NCBI GenBank assembly: GCA_963848135.1
Contig: CAWKCK010000004.1
Coordinates: 1-64,000, forward strand
Direction of reading: 5' to 3'
Source of the DNA: an uncultured delta proteobacterium
GTDB lineage: Bacteria > Desulfobacterota > Desulfobacteria > Desulfobacterales > SG8-13
Length of the DNA stretch: 64,000 bases
Each line of letters opens with the position of its first letter. Position 1 is the first letter of the stretch. This document shows positions 11,394 through 21,242 of this stretch, in pieces. A program made the position numbers and the translations under genes. Below the pieces are notes generated by a model. It saw only the letters and a list, made by a program, of their open reading frames with translations. It searched no databases and was not told the DNA's origin.

Positions 11394-12146
11394 CTAATGG
11401 ACAAACAAACCGAATACCATGACAAAGATCATCGGTGTAAGGGATGCCAGGGCAATCAACCCGAAGCCGTCCGTCAATGGGTCCCGGCCGCGAATGGTCC
11501 GGGCCAGTCCGACCCCAAGGGCTGTCACCAGCGGAACAGTGACGGTTGAGGTTGTCACCCCGCCTAAATCGTAGGCCAATCCCACGATCTCCTCCGGTGC
11601 GAACAACGTCATGATCATGATTAGAATGTAACCGCCCACGATGAGAATCGGTAACGGCCATCCCCGAAGTATCCTCAACACGCCGAGAATAATTGCGATA
11701 CCGACGGATAGGGCTACGGTCAATCGGACAAGGAAAGCGTATCGAATGATGGCGGTGGGAGAATTATCGATAAGGCCGGCTTCCGCCGCGGCTCTGGCTC
11801 CTTCACGGGTCACCGCAATCAGGGCCGGTTCGGCAACGGTTGTACCGAAACCCAAGGCGAAAGAGAACACCAGCAGCCAGAGAAGGCTGCCCTTGCGTGC
11901 AAACTCTTCGGCCAACGTTTCTCCGAGGGGAAACAGGCCCATGTCTAAACCAACGACAAACAACGCTAAACCGATGATAACCAACCCCAAACCCATCAGA
12001 GTTGTAAGAAGTTCCGGAAAGGGTTGGTTCAAGACCAGAATCTGAAATAAGGCAATGACGATAACGATAGGGGCCAAATCACGGCAGGCACCCAGCAGGG
12101 CACGGCTTAACGCTTTCACTATTTGGGAGAAGAATCCGAAGTTCAT
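11394..12146 (-). CDS. DUF1538 family membrane protein (paralogue)
   Basis: TVAEPAL, AYDLGGVTTSTVTVP and DGFGLIALAS motifs. Confidence 0.85.
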   Translation of the reverse strand: MNFGFFSQIVKALSRALLGACRDLAPIVIVIALFQILVLNQPFPELLTTLMGLGLVIIGLALFVVGLDMGLFPLGETLAEEFARKGSLLWLLVFSFALGFGTTVAEPALIAVTREGARAAAEAGLIDNSPTAIIRYAFLVRLTVALSVGIAIILGVLRILRGWPLPILIVGGYILIMIMTLFAPEEIVGLAYDLGGVTTSTVTVPLVTALGVGLARTIRGRDPLTDGFGLIALASLTPMIFVMVFGLFVH

Positions 12147-12852
12147 AGATCCCGCTGGCGGTTGGATTATATTATGAGCCGATTATAATTCAATGCCCGT
12201 ATGATTGCCCGGAATTGTATTTTCGAAAGACCGCCTTGACCGGTTTACAAACTATTCCTCCGGTTTAACCGTAGGTCATTGAATAGCGCCGATGAATATG
12301 TCCTTCTACAACAAGCTACGGATCGGTTTAGGACAATCTACCTGGACGGTGAATCCAGAATACTGTGTGCCATGTCATGTGAAGGCAAAGAATCGCAGAA
12401 ACGAAGTTCATGCGAGTAATTTTTGGGGGCATATGGTGGTTTGTAAATGGTCTTTAACCTGACATTTTGGCCATAACTTCCTGGCAATAGTATCATCGTA
12501 AAGACCTGCTGGCCGGTCAGAATGCTATTCCCATTTACCAATTGGACACTGTCTTTGGGAGCGTATTGGGTACGAGCCTTTACCCTTATCTGTTTTGGCA
12601 CAGTATTCCCGCTGCTGACCATTCCCATCAAAGTGGCCCGTCATCATGAAGGCATGTTTACATCTGTGTTCAAACGGTTGGCATAGGGGCCATTTGAGAA
12701 AGAACCTATCCACAAACTTCTGTCCAAATTCAATTTCCTCTCTGGGTACCATCGGTTATTGTCCTTTCAGATGTATTTCGCAGCGGAATGTGACTTAACA
12801 TACAGTAATAAAAAAGTTCGGAGAAAGCACTGAGAATCGTGTAATGAGTTTC

Positions 12853-13680
12853 TTATTTATGCCTCTGATCACTCCGTGAAAGATTAGGACACAAGCCGCG
12901 GTTATAAGGTGGTTTTGCTGCTAACACTTTACTGATAAAATCCCGAAAGCTCGCGGCCACTGGCCCCCAATCCGTCATTTTGTTCATCTCATCCGAGGCC
13001 TGTTTCAATCGATGGTCTGATCGATATGTTATTTTGAAGGCCTCTTTTATTTGCTTACGATCATTTAAAGAAATATCCGGTCTTCGCTTTAAACCAACCA
13101 CGTTAAGGGAAACCACATTATTGATACCCGCACAAGCCACAAGTGGTGGAACATGCATACTGACAAAGGTACCACCCTGAAACATGGCGTTTTCACCCAC
13201 CCAGCAGAACTGATGCACGGCACCGTTCGCCGGCAAGATTGCCCCTTTGCCAATGGTACAATTGCCGGCAACCAGGGCGCCATTGACCATAATGACATTG
13301 TCGTGGATCACAGAATTGTGACCGGCGTGAGAATTGGCCAACCATATCGTATTGTTCCCGACGACTGTTTTTTTCCCCTCACCTGTGGCGCGTGAGATCG
13401 TCGTTCCTTCTCTAAAGGTATTGTTGTCACCGATTTCCAGATAGGAAACGGTTTTTGTATCAAATTTTACATCCTGGGGTTCACCACCAAGAACCGCAAA
13501 GGAGTCCACATAGTTTTCGGACCCCATTGATGTATATTTCCTTACAACAGCGTGCGGACGAATAACCGAACCCGGTCCAATTCTGACATTATCCTCTATT
13601 ATCGCATAAGCACCGATGATGACATCATCTGCAAGTTCAGCCGTCGAGTGCACATCTGCCGTAGGGTGAATTTTAGCCAT
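12853..13680 (-). CDS. lpxA: Acyl-ACP--UDP-N-acetylglucosamine O-acyltransferase (LpxA-like), stand-alone copy
   Basis: IHPTA hexapeptide repeats, PQDVK, IGDNNTFRE, SHAGHN, VHQF, LNVVGLKR. Confidence 0.8.
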   Translation of the reverse strand: MAKIHPTADVHSTAELADDVIIGAYAIIEDNVRIGPGSVIRPHAVVRKYTSMGSENYVDSFAVLGGEPQDVKFDTKTVSYLEIGDNNTFREGTTISRATGEGKKTVVGNNTIWLANSHAGHNSVIHDNVIMVNGALVAGNCTIGKGAILPANGAVHQFCWVGENAMFQGGTFVSMHVPPLVACAGINNVVSLNVVGLKRRPDISLNDRKQIKEAFKITYRSDHRLKQASDEMNKMTDWGPVAASFRDFISKVLAAKPPYNRGLCPNLSRSDQRHK

Positions 13681-14012
13681 TGTATGCCTTTCTAAATTGA
13701 ATTTATCCGCAAGAAAAGTCGATCTATTAATGCTCGGCTTATTGAGGTCACCTGTTATCATCATGGGGATGCCAGTTCAACAGGACCAAAAGGCAATCCC
13801 CGGAGCACAGAATACCTGAATTTTTTCTCAATGTACCTTTTTTACTGGTTCTGGGATCGAAATGGTTCAGGACCAGCAAGATATGAATGTGCTTTTTTGG
13901 GACCTGACTGTGACAAAAAATGCGTTTTGTGTCAATATGAATGCAGGTACAGCATGTCTTAAAAAGACTTTATGTGACGTCTATATGATCCAGACAAAAT
14001 GGAGGAAATTGG

Positions 14013-15473
14013 ATGATCGTTTTAAATGATACCGCCCTATTCAAGCAGCAAGCCTTTATCGACAATTGTTGGACGGATGCCGGTAGTGGTGAAACCATTC
14101 CGGTTTACAATCCTTCCGATGGCAACCGGCTGGGGATAGTTCCTTCGCTGAGCGCGGTCGAGATTGACAGAGCCGTGGATGCCGCGCAAGGGGTTTTTGA
14201 CGACTGGCGGCGGAAAACGGCCAAGGAACGCGCGCTGCTTCTACGCCGATGGTATCAACTGATTATTGAAAATCAGGAGGATTTGGCCGTCATTATGACT
14301 GCCGAGCAGGGAAAACCACTGGCAGAGGCCAGAGGAGAGATCGCCTATGCAGCGGCTTTCATCGAATGGAATGCCGAAGAGGGGAAACGGGTCTACGGCG
14401 ACGTTATTCCGACCCATCAGGTCGGTTCGCGTATCGTGGTGCTAAAAGAGCCGGTGGGGGTTTGTGCGGCCATCACGCCCTGGAATTTCCCGGCCGCAAT
14501 GATCACCCGAAAGGCTGGACCGGCTCTGGCTGCCGGGTGTACCGTCGTGGTTAAACCGGCAAGCCAAACACCTTTTACGGCTCTGGCCCTGGCCGAGCTT
14601 GCCTTACGTGCCGGGCTGCCGGCCGGCGTAATCAACGTAGTGACCGGAAAGGCCGCCATCGTCGGTGAGACACTCCTCGGCAATCCCGCTGTGCGGAAAA
14701 TTTCTTTTACAGGCTCTACCGAAGTTGGAAAACGGCTCATGCGTCAGAGCGCCGACTCCGTTAAGAAGATATCATTGGAATTGGGCGGCCACGCGCCGTT
14801 TATTGTTTTCGACGATGCCGATGTGGACGCGGCGGTTGAAGGTGCAATAGCCTCTAAATACCGCAACAGTGGCCAAACATGCGTGTGCGCTAATCGACTG
14901 CTCGTTCAGAGGCGTGTGCACGATGAATTTGCTCGGAAGCTTGTGGATAATGTGAAGGCACTAAAAGTGGCCGATGGTTTCGAGACTGGTGCCCAGCAGG
15001 GGCCGCTCATCGACATGGCTGCGATCGAGAAGGTCGAATCACATATCGAAAATGCTGTTTCCTCAGGTGCGCAACTGTTGACCGGTGGCCGGCGACACGC
15101 CCGAGGCGGCACCTATTTTGAACCGACCGTATTGTCCGGTGTGACGGCCGAAATGCGCATTGCCCGAGAGGAAACCTTTGGACCGGTGGCTCCGATTATC
15201 CCCTTCGATGACGAAGCCGAGGCGCTCGGGTTGGCCAACGACACGGTTTTCGGCCTGGCGGCTTATTTTTACAGCCGGGACATTGGCCGTATATGGCGTG
15301 TTTCAGAGGGGTTGGATTATGGAATCGTTGGTATCAACACCGGAATTATTTCCACCGAAGTGGCACCGTTCGGCGGCATGAAACAATCGGGTATCGGACG
15401 GGAAGGAGGAAAATACGGCATCGAAGAGTACTTAGAGATAAAGTATCTCTGCATGGCCGGGATTGAATCGTAA
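14013..15473 (+). CDS. gabD: NAD(P)-dependent succinate-semialdehyde dehydrogenase
   Basis: ITPWNFPAAMITRKAGPALAAGC, FTGSTEVG, LELGGHAP, RNSGQTCVC, EETFGP. Confidence 0.9.
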   Translation: MIVLNDTALFKQQAFIDNCWTDAGSGETIPVYNPSDGNRLGIVPSLSAVEIDRAVDAAQGVFDDWRRKTAKERALLLRRWYQLIIENQEDLAVIMTAEQGKPLAEARGEIAYAAAFIEWNAEEGKRVYGDVIPTHQVGSRIVVLKEPVGVCAAITPWNFPAAMITRKAGPALAAGCTVVVKPASQTPFTALALAELALRAGLPAGVINVVTGKAAIVGETLLGNPAVRKISFTGSTEVGKRLMRQSADSVKKISLELGGHAPFIVFDDADVDAAVEGAIASKYRNSGQTCVCANRLLVQRRVHDEFARKLVDNVKALKVADGFETGAQQGPLIDMAAIEKVESHIENAVSSGAQLLTGGRRHARGGTYFEPTVLSGVTAEMRIAREETFGPVAPIIPFDDEAEALGLANDTVFGLAAYFYSRDIGRIWRVSEGLDYGIVGINTGIISTEVAPFGGMKQSGIGREGGKYGIEEYLEIKYLCMAGIES

Positions 15474-15956
15474 AAGGCGCTAAACTTTCACCCTTTAGGC
15501 AAAATGGAGGCTATCCTGGCCTATATTCTTCGCGTCTCGCGCTACCTGAAAAATACGCGATTAAGGCGGCACAAATAGATATTCGTTGTGGGCATAGCGC
15601 TGTTAACACAAAAAGTAACGGGGTTTCGTCGGCAAACGATACCCCGTTTTGTTTTGGCAGAGCGGCCCTTTCCAATCGAAAAGGGGTGTGCCTTTAATCC
15701 AAGACGCAACCACAGGAGCACTGGGCGTGCTCCATTTTGCATACGCTTTCGTGTTATTTGCCCTTCATACAGTCCCGGAGGGACGATTCACAATCCTGGT
15801 AACATTCCCTTGCTGGTCTTATACAACGAAAATTATCGAGAACCAAATATCAGTCTTGACAAAGGGGCGTGATCCTGGACGTGTGAAGAGTGCTAATCAA
15901 TTACAAAGCTTGTTGCTTCACAAAAATGGGTTGGAATTTTGCCGACTGAATAAAAA

Positions 15957-17114
15957 CTAGACCTTACGGTACATCATCGGTGTGACAACTCTTGAAACCG
16001 AAGCTGTTAATTTTTGAAAATAATGACGGACATAATGATTAACTATTTGGTAATATATAGAAATCCTGTCGCGGAGACGTTCTTTCATTTTAAGGTGGAT
16101 AATTTTTTCATCAATATAGGCCCCCGCCAGGTCAAGGAAATGACTCTTTCCACAGAGCAAACTAATAATTCTGTTGAATGCTTCAGAAACAAGTGAATCC
16201 ACTTGAGGGTGTGCTTTAATTTTTTGTAAAACTTCTACTGGCAGGTCGGTACCAAGCAGTTGATGGGATAATAAAAGACAGAGAAAAAGAATTCGTTGTG
16301 TTCCGCAAGTACCGGTCCGATTAATGACAGTTGGCCAATCCAAGTTGTGATGAATAACAATCAGATTTGCAATATCACTAATCTGAGAAAGTTTGTTCTT
16401 ATTAACAAAGAAATCTTTTGCAAAATTAACACTGAGGATTATTAACGTGTCTTCGATTGAAAGGCCTGGTGATCGAAAGGTACTAAATTCCGTCGGTTGC
16501 TGTCGATTGAAAAGTTGTAAGAAATCTAATTCAGTATAGAGACCGTGGTAGTCGAACCTTTGATGGAGGTCGACATTAATTTGGCTGAGTTCATGCTGAA
16601 AACCGGCCTCAAATCCAAAGTCATTTATTTTATTGTAGCCGAGTCTGCTTAAAGCGTTCTGGGCGCGATAATAGTCATTCTCGTGGACGAGGAGATCAAG
16701 ATCATTGAATTGCCGCAGAGCGATATTATCGTAAATCGAAATGGCCGATATGGGGCCTTTAAAAAAAATGATGGGAATTTTAAACCTCTTGAAGTACTCC
16801 GATATTCTTGAAAGTTCTCTTTCAAATACCTTATTATGTATTGTGTTTTGGTGAAACCAGTTACGAAGACGATCTAAAACATAAGTAGGTACAACTGTTG
16901 AAAAGTTTTCGGCAATATTTCTATATACAAGCGGGAGCACGCGATGCTGATCGGCTGTGTCAACAAAAAATGCCCAATCTAACGCTTCTGCAAGGAGGTT
17001 CTCTATTCGTTGTTTCTCTTTCGGGCCTATGTGGATTCGGGCCAAACTGATAATTAGGTGGATCTCAGGGCGAATAGTCTTTAAATTCTCATCTGAAAAC
17101 GACATGATACCCAT
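15957..17114 (-). CDS. Nucleotidyltransferase family protein (NTP_transf_5-like), RiPP tailoring
   Basis: HRVLPL, FKGP..A..IY....LRQFNDLDLLV (DxD), VDLH; last gene of the lasso-type operon. Confidence 0.8.
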   Translation of the reverse strand: MGIMSFSDENLKTIRPEIHLIISLARIHIGPKEKQRIENLLAEALDWAFFVDTADQHRVLPLVYRNIAENFSTVVPTYVLDRLRNWFHQNTIHNKVFERELSRISEYFKRFKIPIIFFKGPISAISIYDNIALRQFNDLDLLVHENDYYRAQNALSRLGYNKINDFGFEAGFQHELSQINVDLHQRFDYHGLYTELDFLQLFNRQQPTEFSTFRSPGLSIEDTLIILSVNFAKDFFVNKNKLSQISDIANLIVIHHNLDWPTVINRTGTCGTQRILFLCLLLSHQLLGTDLPVEVLQKIKAHPQVDSLVSEAFNRIISLLCGKSHFLDLAGAYIDEKIIHLKMKERLRDRISIYYQIVNHYVRHYFQKLTASVSRVVTPMMYRKV

Positions 17115-17115
17115 A

Positions 17116-19049
17116 TCATGATACCTTTAGAAGGCCGTCACTCGTTTCGTTTATTTTCAACGAAAAATTAACTGCTGCTGTAGCTTTTTTGTCACTCATA
17201 TCCGCCAATTTAGGGTTAGAATCAAATTGCGCATGCCACGAAGCGGCATAGCGACCCTTCATTGCCAATAATTCATCATGGTGACCCGATTCGACAATTT
17301 GACCTGCGTCCATTACATAAATTAAATCGGCATTCTTAGCGATGGTCAAGCGATGCGTAATGAGTATCGACGTACGCCCTGCAGCCAATTTCTGGAAGCG
17401 GTCGAACCAATCCATTTCACTCCAGGAATCTATCAAGCTCGTCGGCTCATCGAGTATCATGATTGGGGAATTTCTTAGATAGGCTCGAGCAAGCGTCAGT
17501 CGTTGTCTCTCCCCCCCGCTGATATTGCAGCCTTCGGGAAAATATTTACCTAAAAGGGTATCGTAGCCTTTCGGTAATTTTTTAATAAAATTATGGGCCC
17601 CAGCTTTTCGAGCTGCCTTTTCAATTTCAGCAGAGCTAAATTCGGAATTTAAATCGCCAATACCAATATTGTCTGCTGCTGTGGCCACGTGTACCAAAGG
17701 AAATTGAAACATGGCTGAAATCATACGACGGTAGTTAATTACCGAAAAAGACCTTATGTCGTGACCATCAACTTCGACAGAACCGGCGTCAGGATCATAG
17801 AGCCGGCAAAGCAGTTTCATCAAGGTCGTTTTTCCGGCACCATTAGCGCCAACAATGGCGACAATTTTACCTGCTGGGAAAGAGCAGGTGAAATTTTTTA
17901 GTGCCGTATTTTTACTGCCTGGATAACTAAATGTGACCTTACGGAAAGAAATTCCTTTTTTTAAACAGGATGGCGCTGAGATGGGATCTTTAGGTTCGGC
18001 AACATGGGGCTTTAATTCCAAAAACTCAAACAACCTTTCCAGGAAAAGAGTACTGTTATATACGTTTCCAATGTTCCCTATAAATGATGCCAGCAAACCC
18101 TGCCCTTTATTAAAGACCTGATAAAAAAGAGCCAAATCCCCTAAAGTCACTAGTCCTGAAAGGCCCGCCAAACCATCCAGGCCAATGCTCCGCTGGAAAT
18201 CAACAAACCAAATACGCTTGCCCAAAGTCGTGAAAAACCCTGCTTCTTAATGAGGTCAAGCTTCTCCTTACGAAGGACGCTTCGAAGGTCATGATACGCT
18301 TTTTGAATATAGGGACCAAATTCGAAAAGTCTTAATTCGGCGGCAAACACATCCTCGGTTAGGACGGAATCATAATAGTCAACCCAGCGCCGATTGGTGG
18401 TTGACTGTTTCCACCAAATATGAAAGCGTCTATTTGTTCGCAAGAGTACGTAAAAGGCTGGCAAAGTACTGCCGATAAGCACAAATGGCAACCAAACACC
18501 ATAGGGTATCAATAGAGCCCCCATCGATAACACAGTAATACCACTCTGAATCAGACCCCCCAAATTTTCCAGCAAAGTCAGCGGTCTGTTTTTTAGATCG
18601 TTGCTGACTTGATGCAGCCGGTCCAAACAATCAGGAATTTCGTAAAAGGACAGGTCAAAGCTAACTGATTTGGCATGAATCAAACTGCTTATATAATCTC
18701 CGGTTTGTTCAGCCTGGGCGGTACGCACCCATGTCATGGCGATCTGAAGTATGTGGGTAAGAGACAAAAGCCCCCCCATCAAGGAAGCCTGCAAGAAAAC
18801 AGGTTTTATGTTTTCCCAAGATGCGCCTGTGCCGACGACGGCTACTAAACTGTCAACCAAAATACGAGTTAAGTATACAACTGCGACTGGAACAAAACCC
18901 TGAAATATAAGAAGGATAGCCCAGAAAAGAGACAAGGTTCTGTTTGCCGTCCAAATGAGCTTTAAAGTTTGAGGAAGAAAAGATAGTTGTAAGATGATTT
19001 TACTAATCATTGATTTAAAGATAATGGACATAAAATTCTTATTCTTCAC
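17116..19049 (-). CDS. Peptide ABC exporter (TMD+NBD), split by a single-base frameshift near 18155
   Basis: TMD in ORF 18150-19049. NBD (GANGAGKTT, ISGGERQR, ILDEPT) in ORF 17116-18225. Adding one G at mRNA ttt-cag-g(g)a-cta restores RAFQGLVTLGDLALFY. Confidence 0.85.
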
Positions 19050-19061
19050 GAGGATTGTCTT

Positions 19062-20006
19062 TTAATATTGACCTTCAATCTGACAGGCCACCTCCGGCAA
19101 TATTTGCATAGATCTGGGTCTCTCTAAACGGAATACCGATGTACGGTTAACCAGTTTAGTGCACTGTTTAAAATGGTTTGAGAGGCCGAGATTTCGAAGA
19201 AATTCCGTACCGAAGCGTGCGCCATACCAATGAGGCATCAGACCCAAAAGGGCCTGCTGAGGTTGGAGCGTATTCACGGTCGTTTCGGGACCATTCTCTA
19301 AAATATAAATACTTTTGAGTGGCAGGGCTGTTTCTGAAAAACCATTAAAAAGACGATAGCTGCGTTTATCCAGTTCCGGTCGAAGCCGAGGCAAAGTGTC
19401 TGGGGAAAAACCCAAGGATTCTATGGAATCAGGCCAAAGCTTGAGATGCGGAAAGCCGGGAAGAGCGTTAACGTTACCTTCACTGATGTCAACCGCAAGG
19501 ATATCATCAGCGATTAATGTGTGCCCACGTCTGTGAAGTGTCCCGGCAATAGTTGATTTGCCGGCACCTTTATCGCCAACGAAGGCTATCGCCGCGCCAT
19601 TCATTGCCACGACACTTGCATGTAATACGATCGTATTTCTCCGCTGGTGAAGCAACATTGCCAGTGAGGTACCTAAAATAAAAAGACGTATGATACGCTC
19701 TTCTACCCCTTGAAATGGGTCTACAACCATTTCACAACCATTCCGAACCAAGAAGGCACCCACTCCTTCCCATGCGAGGTAAATACCATGGTCGGTCGCG
19801 TTATAATAGCTATAACATCCTGATGCTTCAGCAGGCATGTCTTCGATTATTCCTTTTCGAATAAACACATTTGCTTCGTCATCACTGGTGGTAAGTTCTG
19901 GTAAATAAAAATCTGAATATATAGTTAGGCCGTATGCCTTATACTTGTGGGAGTATTCAGATTTAGGATGAAAACGATATTTTTCTGAATAAGAATTTGC
20001 CAACAT
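19062..20006 (-). CDS. HPr-kinase-like lasso peptide kinase (PadeK/ThcoK type)
   Basis: LHASVV catalytic His, Walker A GDKGAGKST, IADD, LKLWPD; adjacent to a precursor ending in Ser. Confidence 0.85.
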   Translation of the reverse strand: MLANSYSEKYRFHPKSEYSHKYKAYGLTIYSDFYLPELTTSDDEANVFIRKGIIEDMPAEASGCYSYYNATDHGIYLAWEGVGAFLVRNGCEMVVDPFQGVEERIIRLFILGTSLAMLLHQRRNTIVLHASVVAMNGAAIAFVGDKGAGKSTIAGTLHRRGHTLIADDILAVDISEGNVNALPGFPHLKLWPDSIESLGFSPDTLPRLRPELDKRSYRLFNGFSETALPLKSIYILENGPETTVNTLQPQQALLGLMPHWYGARFGTEFLRNLGLSNHFKQCTKLVNRTSVFRLERPRSMQILPEVACQIEGQY

Positions 20007-20024
20007 AAAGTCATCTTCCTATAT

Positions 20025-20053
20025 ATTATTTGATTGAATTGATACCGTAAGTA
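20025..20053. repeat. Left arm of the 29-bp inverted repeat enclosing the precursor gene
   Basis: ATTATTTGATTGAATTGATACCGTAAGTA; 28/29 identical to the reverse complement of 20299-20327. Confidence 0.9.
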
Positions 20054-20093
20054 ATTTATTCTGTTTATTCTTGCAAAACTAAGAGATCGTCCC

Positions 20094-20252
20094 TTAACTA
20101 CCGCAAGGTGGCCTGCGTCGACCGCCATCGTTTTGTTTGCCCCCCCGGCCGTCACGAAAATCGAAGTCGCCCCAATCAAAACCTCTTGTTTGCGTAATAC
20201 TTTTTACGTCTCCATGGATAGTCAATTTTGGTGTGTCATAAGTCTTTTTCAT
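20094..20252 (-). CDS. Lasso-type RiPP precursor peptide, 52 aa (not in ORF track): MKKTYDTPKLTIHGDVKSITQ-TRGFDWGDFDFRDGRGGKQNDGGRRRPPCGS
   Basis: Translated by hand. AAGGAG RBS 7 nt upstream of the ATG; leader YxxPxLxxxGxxxxxT; Asp at core position 8; C-terminal Ser; lies between B2 and the kinase. Confidence 0.9.
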   Translation of the reverse strand: MKKTYDTPKLTIHGDVKSITQTRGFDWGDFDFRDGRGGKQNDGGRRRPPCGS

Positions 20253-20298
20253 GGTCTGTCTCCTTAAAACTGAAATGGATTCAATTCAAAGCGAGTTC

Positions 20299-20327
20299 TA
20301 CTTACGGTATCAATTCAACCAAATAAT
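20299..20327. repeat. Right arm of the 29-bp inverted repeat enclosing the precursor gene
   Basis: TACTTACGGTATCAATTCAACCAAATAAT. Confidence 0.9.
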
Positions 20328-20370
20328 GAATCCAAAAATGCAGAACGACCGACAAGAAACCACTATACAT

Positions 20371-20790
20371 TCACCCCAAGGACAGCAGAGCATATTTCTG
20401 GTAAAGCTCTGATTTTGAGCCACCGATTACAACAATACCATCACTTTCTGTCCAGGCATGTGCTTCAAAATTACCAAATTCATTCCGAGCAACTCCGATA
20501 CGAAATGTTGCCGGAAAAGTAGAAGATTTTAGCAATACAAAGGCTGCCAAGGCTTGCGTCAGACAGGTCGCTCTTGGCACATAGCGACTCGCACTAGCCA
20601 CATTAACGGCAATGTTTTTGATGTATACGTGTTTTTTCATTTTATGCTTAGCTGGCTTTGAAGGTATTTTATTTATTAAAGTCTGTACGATATGGAACGG
20701 CAAGAGCCATAAAGAAAGCCTGATAGTGCAAAGAAGAAATAATGTTTGGAGAAGGTGGTAATAGTGTGAAAAACTTTTTAATTTATTCAT
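20371..20790 (-). CDS. Lasso peptide biosynthesis B2 protein (leader peptidase, transglutaminase-like)
   Basis: ATCLTQALA catalytic Cys, RIGV, AHAWTE His, VIGG. Confidence 0.9.
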   Translation of the reverse strand: MNKLKSFSHYYHLLQTLFLLCTIRLSLWLLPFHIVQTLINKIPSKPAKHKMKKHVYIKNIAVNVASASRYVPRATCLTQALAAFVLLKSSTFPATFRIGVARNEFGNFEAHAWTESDGIVVIGGSKSELYQKYALLSLG

Positions 20791-20793
20791 TAA

Positions 20794-21096
20794 TCAATCC
20801 CTAACTTCAATGAGCCCTTTACTTGACAATTGTCGAATCAACTCATAGAGATCCTGTTCACATCGAACAAAGCCAACTTCATACTCAGAGAGGATCGCAT
20901 CTCGTATATCTTCCATTGCTTTAGGTTCCTGGATTAATTCCCAAATTCGCGCGCCAACATGGTCAAGACCAAAATACATTCCAGTTTTCGGATTGAGTAT
21001 TGCAACTTCGTTTGGCATTTCAGACGCGATTGGTTCTTTCGCCGCAATAATCACCGATGAATTAGAAAGGGTACTTTTTGACGACGCTGAATTCAT
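20794..21096 (-). CDS. PqqD-family RiPP recognition element (lasso B1)
   Basis: ILNPKTGMYFGLDHVGARIWELIQEP, EYEV...CEQDL...L...GLIEV; 100 aa. Confidence 0.9.
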   Translation of the reverse strand: MNSASSKSTLSNSSVIIAAKEPIASEMPNEVAILNPKTGMYFGLDHVGARIWELIQEPKAMEDIRDAILSEYEVGFVRCEQDLYELIRQLSSKGLIEVRD

Positions 21097-21242
21097 ACTT
21101 ATTTCTCCCTATGCTTGTCGAATTTTGGGTACTTGGAAATACTATTCTAATATTATAGAAACGTAATGACGAAAAATTAATCAGGGTACATTCATAAGAA
21201 TAGTAAAATAATGATTTTTTTAAAAAGATTATTGGTCTTATC

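Noticed and set aside
12200..12850. Short ORFs between DUF1538 and lpxA
   Set aside because: No recognisable motifs or convincing RBS; possibly a decayed gene, but not supportable from sequence alone.
15870..15896. CIRCE element (GAGTGCTAA half-site)
   Set aside because: The left arm TTAGCACTC is absent and there is no chaperone gene downstream.
18150..18225. Programmed frameshift or genuine two-gene ABC exporter
   Set aside because: No slippery heptamer; one missing G in a short G run explains the break.
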